A program made the translations under genes and the position numbers. A DNA stretch of 63,676 nt, filler included, from Octopus bimaculoides (taxonomy: Eukaryota), in the NCBI RefSeq assembly GCF_001194135.2. It is 7 parts of 6 records of this genome, joined end to end, with 100 filler letters (N's around TTAATTAATTAA, not from the genome) between each part and the next. Parts side by side here need not be neighbours in the genome. Positions count along the whole stretch, not along the records: positions 44,284 to 59,117 come from NC_068986.1; positions 59,218 to 63,676 come from NC_069008.1; 5 more parts are not named here. One strand, given 5' to 3'. Of this stretch, positions 47,876-59,454 are shown one piece after another (positions within the stretch are counted from its first letter, which is position 1; every line of letters begins with the position of its first letter). A model generated the notes under the pieces. It saw nothing but the letters and a program-made list of their open reading frames with translations, was not told the origin of the DNA and did not search any database.

Positions 47876-50027
47876 TTCTTTATTAGCCACACAGGGCTCA
47901 ACATAGATGGGACAAATACAATGTAGAGTTTTTCTTTTCGAGGCGACGAGAAAAAATGGGGATAACGATCAAAAGGTATCGAAAACGTTTGGGGTATGTA
48001 AAAAAAAACAAAAAAAATCCCAAGAAATGGGGAGGTTATCCGTGGAAAGAAAAACCTACGAAAAGACCACGGTAACCTCAGGCATTAATGTCACTAATTG
48101 AAAAAAATTATTTACGAAATTAATGCAAGTANNNNNNNNNNNNNNNNNNNNNNNNNNNNNNNNNNNNNNNNNNNNNNNNNNNNNNNNNNNNNNNNNNNNN
48201 NNNNNNNNNNNNNNNNNNNNNNNNNNNNNNNNNNNNNNNNNNNNNNNNNNNNNNNNNNNNNNNNNNNNNNNNNNNNNNNNNNNNNNNNNNNNNNNNNNNN
48301 NNNNNNNNNNNNNNNNNNNNNNNNNNNNNNNNNNNNNNNNNNNNNNNNNNNNNNNNNNNNNNNNNNNNNNNNNNNNNNNNNNNNNNNNNNNNNNNNNNNN
48401 NNNNNNNNNNNNNNNNNNNNNNNNNNNNNNNNNNNNNNNNNNNNNNNNNNNNNNNNNNNNNNNNNNNNNNNNNTGGCGTCGTGTATGGGTGGTTGTTTGT
48501 TTTGACGTTGTTTTTTGTTATGTTTGTTTTTGTATTTATGTAGTTCATTAATTCTGTGTTTGTAGTGTCTATTGCTGTGAGCATGTTTTCTGTATGTGTT
48601 CTTGTGGTGTTGATGTTGTTTGTGGTATGTTTGGAGACGATGGTTTCGGGAGATGTATATCTCCCTGCTTTGTTGGTGTTTGCATTTGGTTTGGTTCTTT
48701 TTTTACTCCTTTTCCTCCGCCCTTTTCGGGCTATTTGCCACTCACTACTGCTACTTTCGTCCTCGGACGAGTCTTCTGAGGAATCGAAAGGGGGTAAGAG
48801 CATGTCGTGTGCTTGTGTGTTTGTTTGTTGAAGTGGGTGTTGTTGATGGTTGTTGATTATCTGCTTGTGGTGTATGTGATGTGGGAGAAAGGGAATTAGT
48901 TTTTGTATTGTCTTTTGCTTGTGGGTAGTAGGGGTCCTTTTTTGGCTGTTTTTCCTTCTTGTTGTTTTTTGTTATCTGTTGCTGTTGGGCAATCTTTTTT
49001 GAGGTGCCCTTCGATGCCACACAGGTAGCATCGAGGCCTTCTACCTTCTACCACAACGTAGAGGGTGTGGCCGTCTGGCAGCTCAATTTGAGTTGGAATT
49101 TCTTTTGATTCTTCCTGTGTAATCTGTAATAGGACATCGAATTTTTTCCCATTCCAGTCTTCCTGCTTTAATGCAGTAGTTTCTAGAATGTTTATATNNN
49201 NNNNNNNNNNNNNNNNNNNNNNNNNNNNNNNNNNNNNNNNNNNNNNNNNNNNNNNNNNNNNNNNNNNNNNNNNNNNNNNNNNNNNNNNNNNNNNNNNNNN
49301 NNNNNNNNNNNNNNNNNNNNNNNNNNNNNNNNNNNNNNNNNNNNNNNNNNNNNNNNNNNNNNNNNNNNNNNNNNNNNNNNNNNNNNNNNNNNNNNNNNNN
49401 NNNNNNNNNNNNNNNNNNNNNNNNNNNNNNNNNNNNNNNNNNNNNNNNNNNNNNNNNNNNNNNNNNNNNNNNNNNNNNNNNNNNNNNNNNNNNNNNNNNN
49501 NNNNNNNNNNNNNNNNNNNNNNNNNNNNNNNNNNNNNNNNNNNNNNNNNNNNNNNNNNNNNNNNNNNNNNNNNNNNNNNNNNNNNNNNNNNNNNNNNNNN
49601 NNNNNNNNNNNNNNNNNNNNNNNNNNNNNNNNNNNNNNNNNNNNNNNNNNNNNNNNGTGAGAGGGCTGTCAATATGTGTGGTTGCTGTTTTGATGACGTT
49701 CTTAGAAATTTCTTTTTGTGTGCGCGTGCAGTTTTCATTCTTTTTCTTCTCTAGCGTTCCAAGGCTAGGGAAGTGATGTTCGAAGAACGGACTGGAACAG
49801 CGTTCCAAAACAATGTTTCTCGACATTTTTCCAAATGCCGAGAAAAAATTTATATTTTGACGGGGCTGGAACTGCCCCTAGGGGCCAATTCCTCCCTTCG
49901 AAAAAATGCACAAATGAAGCTTGGGTGCTTCGCACAGATTATATGAAAAAATTTTAAACAAATGTGGGCAATATAAGGTCAAAAAAAGGTTTACCTCTGC
50001 AGCCGATGTGACAGCACGTCAGTCAGA
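47876..50027 (-). mobile_element. Tx1-like LINE with both ends in (GATA)n tracts; ORF1 visible, ORF2 not visible (two gaps)
   Basis: 5' UTR, then MSRNIVLER at 49826 and the ORF1 knuckle EGRRPRCYLCGIEGHLKKDCP (homologous to ORF1 at 34721-35056). The 3' end reads ...gccctgtgtggctaataaagaaa-(TCTA)n. Confidence 0.75.
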
Positions 50028-50092
<65 letters not shown>

Positions 50093-50124
50093 CACATACA
50101 TACATACATACATACATACATACA

Positions 50125-50156
<32 letters not shown>

Positions 50157-50517
50157 GAAGCTAAAATCACATGGGTTTCACAGATTACATCTTAATTTAT
50201 AATCGATCATAGGGAAAACAAATCTATCCAAACTGTTCAGTAAAACATTTAAAATGATTTAAAGGGATACCAGTGCTATGACAAAAATTTACCTGTCAGA
50301 AACGCAACGGATGAGTAAATCAAAGGTGATTCTATTGAAAGAGATAGGGAAAATACTATAGTATGTCTATAACAACTCTATTTCTTTTGAAGGCGAAGAG
50401 TTTATTGAGCCTCTTCAATTAGATGACATTGAATTTTTTATCATAGGCTGAGCACCAGCGTTATATAGTTATCCCTAGTTAACTTAAGAGAGCTCTAAAC
50501 GAGCGACGAATTGACCG

Positions 50518-50580
50518 ATTACTCCATTTTTAATTCGTCAATTAGTCGGTGACTAACTGATCGATTAAAAATGGAGTAAT
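50518..50580. repeat. 63-bp near-perfect hairpin
   Basis: attactccatttttaat..tcaattagtc-ggt-gactaactga..attaaaaatggagtaat; the outer 17 bp pair perfectly. Confidence 0.85.
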
Positions 50581-50860
50581 TGAATAATGTGTTATGTGAT
50601 GTTGAAAATGGCGTAAGACGAATACATGTGACAGAAAATGACGAGGTTTCATATATACAGAAGTAACAGGAAATGAAACAGTGTTAATTATGTATGTATT
50701 TCTGTTTAGTATTAAATTGTATATATATATATATATATAGCAGAAATAGGACGCAACATAAAGTGGAAAGAATCGTATATCCATGTCTATCTCTCAATAG
50801 GGTGATAAGGTTCGAATGCTTTCAATTTGATATTTTATGCATAGAAGTTATATATGTGTA

Positions 50861-50893
<33 letters not shown>

Positions 50894-51376
50894 NNNNNNN
50901 NNNNNNNNNNNNNNNNNNNNNNNNNNNNNNNNNNNNNNNNNNNNNNNNNNNNNNNNNNNNNNNNNNNNNNNNNNNNNNNNNNNNNNNNNNNNNNNNNNNN
51001 NNNNNNNNNNNNNNNNNNNNNNNNNNNNNNNNNNNNNNNNNNNNNNNNNNNNNNNNNNNNNNNNNNNNNNNNNNNNNNNNNNNNNNNNNNNNNNNNNNNN
51101 NNNNNNNNNNNAACAAGTATTGCAAATCGGTAAGCCAAGAATTAACCACTATTTTATAATCACTATTTTGCACAGAAAAGTTAGCAAAATTTCGTCTCTC
51201 TCAAGAAATGTCGATAAGAATACATATTAAAAATAATCTTACTACGACAAAAGATTTTTAAAATTCATCTCCATTTTTAAAATTTCATCAGGAGTACATA
51301 TTTTAACTGTAGATATAGTATTCTTTGCAAAACCCCAATTTTATAAGTACTGCCCTGTAAAACCTTCTGGAGGTCC

Positions 51377-51414
<38 letters not shown>

Positions 51415-53629
51415 ACGATGACAAATCTTTTAGGAATATATTCATACGACTAATACATTTTCATATGTGATTATTTAACAAATGGTTTTAAAAGTTTCCT
51501 GAACATGATTTTCCTTTAGAGTTGAATGTAATTTCTTAATAATACACCAAACCCGTAACTAATTCATGGAATGTAGAGAATATAGTTACTGCTTTTAAAA
51601 TTTATCTCGAACAGATACAGCGCAACTACTTTCTCTCTAAAAATCCGGTTAAGCACAAGAAATGATGGAATTTGTTTATGTCGAATATTTTAAATATTGT
51701 CAACTTTTCAGACAGCAAACAAACGTTTGATTCTTTGCAAACATTACAGAGAACTACTTAGTAAATTAATTTCAGAAATTTAATGAAATAGTGCGTATTG
51801 AGTATTTTCGAGGTCAAAATAGTATTAGCATGGTAGTCGAAGGGTCGTCTGTCACTAACGCACGGCCGTGTCTATAGTTGAAACTTTTAATTGAGGTACA
51901 GGGTGCAGGTACTCAACAGAATTACTGGAAAATCGATGGTTACTTCCTTGTTTTTCCTTAACTGATGAAATTTTGCTCAAATTCTACGATTGTGGTTGTA
52001 AGTTTAAACGATATGTTTTTTATTAGACTTGCTTTAATACAACAATAAAATATTTGAAAATAAGGCTTCACTCAATGACCCATAAAACGTAACATTGATA
52101 ACCTTACTATCATATAAACTTCAGTATGAAGAGTTTTTTTTTTAGAAGTTTACTTAATTATGAAACGGCATTGTCTCCGTTGTATACATACTTCAACAAA
52201 CAACAGGACCACTGTGTAAATTACAGAGGGTATGCTAACGTCATGCACTCATTTTCTTTTCTTCACAGCTTGTAATCAACGCGACTATTCAACAGTGACT
52301 GGTATAGCTTGTCTGGGGAAGTCAAGTTATTTGTAACTGATGGTTAATAATTGCTTCTGCGGTTACTTTCATATATTCTGGGATGAGATAAAGCAATTAA
52401 CAACGTGGAAGATTCATTTTAGCCATTCAAAAGCACACAGAAACTATTAAATTCCTTAAATCATTTATCACATGGTGTCAAAATTTTCGACGTATCACTT
52501 GTCTTGTACTGTATGACCCGGTCACTGGCAATGTTTCGTTGCAACTTCTCTGAAACCAGGTTGTCGGTCATTTAATAATTATTGGCCACAAGCTTTTAAA
52601 TTTAGTTTTATTTTATTTTCCCCTTTTACTGTGTATTGTTCAAGCATTCAGGTTGTCATCACACGGTGTTTATTGTAGGTCGATTAGTTTTGGTTGAATT
52701 CATGTAGTATGTGCTTTCTCTATGTCATTCTATCTCTCTCCCTCTTTCTCTCTTTCTCCCTTTTTCTCTCCCTCACTCTCTTTCTTTCTCTTCTCAGTAC
52801 TTAATGTCCCAAATCAATTATGTACATACTTTTTCCAACCTACCTAACAAATAAAGAAACAACAATTGCTGGTAGATGGACATCTTAAAAGAACCACATT
52901 TATTGAACTATTTATTTGACCATAACATTGCTACCTTATCCTAAAAATACAAAGTCAGTCGATCGATTGGAAAGAGCTCAGAGATTTGTAATGAACAATG
53001 TTTGCTGTCCAACAGATCTTTTATAAACATTTTGCAGATGCATAAATGCCAAATATAATGCGTTGAACAAGATTGCAAACCTGAATATATGAGAATAAAA
53101 TGCCGCAGCTAAACAACGTTAATTGTCTTGTTCTTAATATTTTATGAAACAAAGTACCGTCAATATCTTAATTACTATCATATGAATGCTAATTAAATAA
53201 ATTTTAATTACTATGTTTACAGAATTCAGAATCATCGAACACTGTTCAATGAAGTTCTACAACAAATTCAACCGTTAATTTTGAAGAAAATAACGCATAG
53301 AAAGCACGGACTCCGTTTGCTAAGCAATAAACGTAGGCGAGTTCGATCAGTTGACTTATTTATCCATTTATCTTATTTTATATCGCAATTTTGTGAACAA
53401 AAGCGTTGTTGGTCAGATGGTTTGTAACGAATCAATAACCGATTCACTGCATATCTAACAGTGAAATTAACATGGGAGTGACTGTAATTCGACGTATCTC
53501 CTGACACTTTGTCCCTGTAGCACGGGGTTTTGCCATATATCAGCAACAGATTTCACATACATAAAGATACACAAATGTAAATAAATAAATATATGTGTGT
53601 ATGCATGTGGGGGGGGGGCGTGTGTGTGT

Positions 53630-53945
53630 GATCGCAAGATAATCGAAAGGGTAAGAAATTCACTTCACAACCACAAGGTTTCTGGATTAGATTCCGTTGC
53701 TCGACATCTTGGTCATATAGTTTTTACAGCCTCGGTCAACCCACACCTGGATCAGATTCAGGAGACAGAAACCGCAAATGGATTGTACCTGTACTTCAAT
53801 AGCACATCTTTAACACATACTGTGTCATGCTATTCAGACTGAGATTTACGTTAAGGGTACACGTGTCTGTAGAATGTTCAGGCATTTATATGATACATTA
53901 ATTCAGAATCAAGCAATTCAGTCGAATTCTCATAGTCGAACGACA
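53630..53945 (+). mobile_element. SINE family C-related old copy
   Basis: tRNA-like head, then tgtgtcatgct..gttaagggtacacgtgtctgtagaatg..cattaatt, similar to the reverse complement of 8370-8520. Confidence 0.5.
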
Positions 53946-53975
53946 AATATTCACCACGAAACAACAGACAGATAA

Positions 53976-54032
<57 letters not shown>

Positions 54033-54147
54033 TCAATAAATAGACAGACAGACAGACAGACAGACAGACCAATGGTTAGGTAGATAGGTAGGTAGACTGA
54101 CAGATCAATAGAGATAAATAGAGAGATAAGGAGAGATAGATAGATAC

Positions 54148-54229
54148 ATTTCTTTTATTAGCCACACAGGGCTCAACGAAGATGGGACAAATACAATGTA
54201 GAGCTTTTCTTTTTGGGAGGGGGAAGGAA
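54148..54229 (-). mobile_element. Short 5'-truncated 3' end of the GATA-associated Tx1-like family
   Basis: tttcttttattagccacacagggctcaac.aagatgggacaaatacaatgtagag matches 47876-47930; GATA repeats lie on both sides. Confidence 0.8.
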
Positions 54230-54230
54230 G

Positions 54231-54277
<47 letters not shown>

Positions 54278-54714
54278 GACCTGCTTTCGTACAGCTACAG
54301 TCAATCAAATTCATTTCTCAATATATTGCTCATTGTGAACTATAATTGAAGGGACTTTTACAAGTCGTGGTGCAGTCAGCTCAAAGTCAAAACTACTTGG
54401 TTGCAAAACAAAATGCTCAAGCATATATCTATGCCAGCGCCGAACTTATATGTAATAATAGGATATGTAAAATCTGCTTTTTCAGACTTCTTTTTCGAAT
54501 GAGTTATGTTGCTTGTACTGGAAGCAATAAATTAAAGCAACTTCGATTGAAGAAGTAGTATGCGCAAATGTGATAGTCAAGAATTAGGTAGTATAAAGGG
54601 TCAAATCGAAAGGAATTCGAGCCAAACGGAGGCAGAGAGGCTGTGGTTTGGCTAGTGAGGTTGAAAGGCTCCCTTGACAGTGTTATAATCGATTTTATAA
54701 AACAAAATTCTAAA

Positions 54715-55100
54715 CAGGTGCAGGCAAGAGTGTGTGTTAAGAAGCTTACTTCCCAACCACATGGTCCCGCGTTCAGTCCCAATGTGTGACACCTTGGGAA
54801 AGTGTTTTGTACTATAGCCTCGGGCCGACCAAAGCCTTCTGGGTGGATTTGGTAGACCGAAGCTGATAGAATCACGTCGTAGATTGTGTGCGTGTGTGTT
54901 GCGCGCGCGCGCATATGTATATATCTATGTGTGTGTCATTTTGTCTGTGTTTGTCTTCCTATCCCCGCTTGACAACAGGTATTGGTGTGTATACATCTCA
55001 ATAACGGTGTCCAGTCACTTCGTCAACGCCAACTTGTCGTTTTATTTGTTCCCAGTCAATTCGTCGAGATCATACGAGAAATGGAAGAACGAATACCTGA
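54715..55100 (+). mobile_element. SINE family B copy
   Basis: gttaagaagcttacttcccaaccacatggtcccgcgttcagtccc..tactatagcctcgggccgaccaaagcc. Confidence 0.75.
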
Positions 55101-55599
55101 ATTTTCAAAAAAAAAAAACGTTTATTTTAAGGTTTGCTGTATTACATATTTATTTTTTCTTAAAATTTAAGATAGTATGCAATTTCTTTTAGGAAAATAA
55201 TTTTTTGACTTGTATCATATTTTTCATTGACATTTTTTATACGCATGGTCATATCTCTGTCTTTTCCTTTTGGCTTGGTTCTTCCCCTTGCATAAACTTC
55301 CTCATTTTGGCACCGGCAAACCTTTTCTCACATTTACTCACATAAATAAGTTTCCAAATATTTGGATGAATAATATTCAGTGTTTTTCAGCGCGCTGTGG
55401 TAGGCTTTTAAACTATTTGTAGTACGAACAATCCCCGTCATATATCCATTCTATTAAAAGCACAAGGCCTGAAATCCCCGTCATACATCGATCCCAAACA
55501 TTCCATATAGGTAATGGAAATGGAGGTACAAGGCGTCGCTTCCTCTGTCCACTTCCTCTAGGTAATCCTATATAATCTCTTTCAAAATACGATACAGAG

Positions 55600-56880
55600 G
55601 AATATCATCATCATCTACAAGTTATTCATATCCGTCTACAAAAGCATCAACCAGCAGGAAGGCAAGGGCAACAGAACAGCACATTTGTAGACTAAAACTA
55701 TCATCTTTGTGATATCTGCATTTTAGTCCTTCTTGCACAACATGCTCGTATACATTTTGTCCTAAATAAAACAAGCAGCATGCCAAATTCGACCCAGGAA
55801 ACAATTCTCGATTTCCGTTATGGGTTGCTTTTTCGAAATCCTTTATTGTATTATCAGGTCCCTCATTCTACAGTAATTCATTTATTTTGGCACAAAAGTC
55901 TACTATATGTGTCTTGACTTTTGTCAGAGAGCAATTGTGAAGCATTAAAATTATCAATTTGAATGTGAAGTATATATAACTGAAAAAATACACTAGAACA
56001 GCACTTAAATGTTCTATTTGCCGCCCAGTTCTTGGGTTGTTTTAACTGTCGAAGTGTTTCATCACTTGCAAATATTAGTATTCGTTTTGAATCTACCATC
56101 CCGCTGTGATACTGTAAAAACGTTTCATCTTTGTTAAGGGAGGAGTATTCATTTGGAATAGAAAACTCAACATTTGTAAGTGGGGTGGCAGGATAGCCGG
56201 AATCGGCTTGCCTCCAACGTCTAATATTCCTATTAAACTATGCAAACAAAGGTATTTGTGACAATGTACAGTCGTTTAAAAATTCTGAACTTCACTAGCG
56301 ATAATTGACCGAGGGGCATCAAGTGATGAAATAGTTTTTAAAATTTGAAACTATTATCCTTGCTTTTACCTCTGCAGCAGCTGAAGCGTGATTATGGATC
56401 CTATAAGCTTCTTAAGCTTTTTTTAATTTTCATCAGTATGTAGTCTCGATTTTCACACCTCTGGTATATCTTCACTCCATCTGCATTCTGTATATTTTTT
56501 GTGTATATATAAATTTCTTGATCGACCAGTTTGATTTTCCTTTCTCTGAAGTTATGGTCTTTCAGGTAGTCAAGTTGATGGGTAGGTGTACTGAATAAAT
56601 TTAATTCGATTTGCTTGAAAGTTTCTGTTCATAAATTGTTCAGCGCAGACACTTAAGAGAGAGAGTGAAGGTTAAAGAAAAAGAAAATATCTAAAATTGT
56701 CCGACAATTTTAATTCTAAAGTGATTGTTCTAAACTTTCCTTCATAAATCACATTTAAGAGAATTTTGGGACGAATTGGCCAGCGACGAATTGACCTGGG
56801 GATGAAATGATCAACGAAGAATTGATCAGGGGCAAATTAACCGACAACGAAATAACCGGGGTCGAATTGTCTTAGCCCCC
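55600..56880 (-). mobile_element. Mutator-like (MULE) transposon remnant: FLYWCH and DDE domains plus subterminal repeats
   Basis: Reverse complement, frameshifted: SEKGK..YQRCENR..HNHA; IRRWRQ..YPATP..IPNEY..FLQYHSG..RILIFAS..W..RTFK..FQLYILH; DFEKA..FPG..CLFYLGQNV..GL..ALAF. Repeats of GACGAATTGACC type at 15-16 bp spacing lie at 56770-56872. Confidence 0.8.
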
Positions 56881-57035
56881 CCTTAAAATCTAGTAGTTCG
56901 GCAAAAGAGATCGACGGAGTAAGCACTAAACTTAAAGTATAATGGTAATGGGGTTGATTTTCTTGAAAAAACCCTTCAAGCGGTACCTCAGCATGACTGT
57001 AGTGAAATGACTAATGCAAGTAAAAGATAAAACCA
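56880..57035 (+). mobile_element. SINE family B tail
   Basis: gttcggcaaaagagatcga..ccttcaagcggtacctcagcatg..gcaagtaaaagataaaa. Confidence 0.6.
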
Positions 57036-57357
57036 TTTCCACCAAAAGTCCTACGAATCTCATTGTTTCTTGTTTTAAGATATCGCACTGAATTACATCC
57101 TTAATATCTTGACAAACTTATATGCTCCAAGAAGCTGCCCGGTCATTCAACATCAATGATACCAAACATACCCTCCACTACTTCAATTCATTCTTCTTTC
57201 TGGCTCAACTTACCTTTACAGTGTGGTTACCAAATCCCTCTATATCGTCATCCCCATGATAACTACCTCTCAAGTTTTAAGATAGTTTTCGACCACTACG
57301 CTGCACTCGAACTCAAAATTCTTATTTTCTCTCTCTCTTTCTGTCTTTCTCTTCCTC

Positions 57358-57411
<54 letters not shown>

Positions 57412-57547
57412 TTTCTCCCTCTCTCGCACCAATGTTTCCTCATTTTAGCAGATTCTTTTGTGACTTCTGCCAAAATGGAACGGAGTAGAGTGGGGTGCCG
57501 AGACGGGCCGCGAAGAGCATTATAACAAAGAACTTGATAAAAATGAG

Positions 57548-57640
57548 ATTCTTCTTCTTAATCCCTTGCCCCTTGTGGAGCATAGGGCCTCAACAGTTGT
57601 TTTCCACTTTTGCGGTCATTGGCGTGTTTCTTGACTGCTT
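57548..57640 (-). mobile_element. RTE-like LINE 3' terminus
   Basis: Reverse complement gaggccctatgctccacaaggggcaagggattaagaagaagaa (EALCSTRG..), with a (GAA)n tail. Confidence 0.55.
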
Positions 57641-57660
57641 CTCAAAAATGGGATTAGCCC

Positions 57661-58330
<670 letters not shown>

Positions 58331-58990
58331 TAATTATAATAATAACGATAACGATGACTATGATGATGCTGCTGATGACGATGATAATGATGATGATGAT
58401 CATCATCATCATGTTGATGATGATAATAAAGGGTTATGATTGTTAAAATGAAACATTTGCAAGTAAAATATTGTAAAACATATTAAGTTAATTATAAAAC
58501 TATATTAAATATATCTTTTCCAGACACAAACTCGTATTCTTAGCGTTTGAAACAGTAAAATAACTGGTTTTGAAACCATCAGCAGTAGATACCAAATGGG
58601 AGACTATAGTAAAAAATTACTGCTTACATACAGAGTCGGGGATGTATAGAAATTAACACAGGGAAGCCATAGAAGGGGCCGAAAATATCAAGAATATTTG
58701 TACTATCTCTTTTCTTACAAAAGAATGCTTACAAAAAGCGTATTAATAACAGATGTTAATATTTAAAAAAACGTAAATCATAATGAAAATAATTGTGACT
58801 CTAATCCAGCTTAGCAAAGAGATCGCCAAACATAAAACATATTCATCTATTCATCTTTCAAGCAATAAATTAATATGATGACAGGCAAAATGAAATGGCA
58901 CTAGAAAATACCATTGTCATATATATTACGATAAATTATATATTACTTATCTTATTCTTGTGTATGCGTGTATAAGCGTTTATATGTGCG

Positions 58991-59043
<53 letters not shown>

Positions 59044-59265
59044 CTGCATATGTGTGCGTGCGTGCGTGTGTATGCATGTATGTATGTATGTATGTATATA
59101 TATATATATATATATATNNNNNNNNNNNNNNNNNNNNNNNNNNNNNNNNNNNNNNNNNNNNTTAATTAATTAANNNNNNNNNNNNNNNNNNNNNNNNNNN
59201 NNNNNNNNNNNNNNNNNCGTGTGTATGTATGAGTGTATAATCATGCGTGTGTTGTGGCTTTCTGA

Positions 59266-59301
<36 letters not shown>

Positions 59302-59454
59302 AAGAAAGAAAGACCTCTTCTGGGATGGATATATTTGATGACATGCCAAAGGAGTCAAAAATTATTATCAATGAAATTAAATTTCTTTTAGTTATGGTGT
59401 GACTGACAAAATTTTTGGCCGGTTGTTTTGTTGCCGAGTTGAANNNNNNNNNNA

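Noticed and set aside
57191-57260. Strong minus-strand donor AAG|GTAAGT
   Set aside because: No usable acceptor or open frame upstream; the flank is purine-rich (GA)n on that strand.
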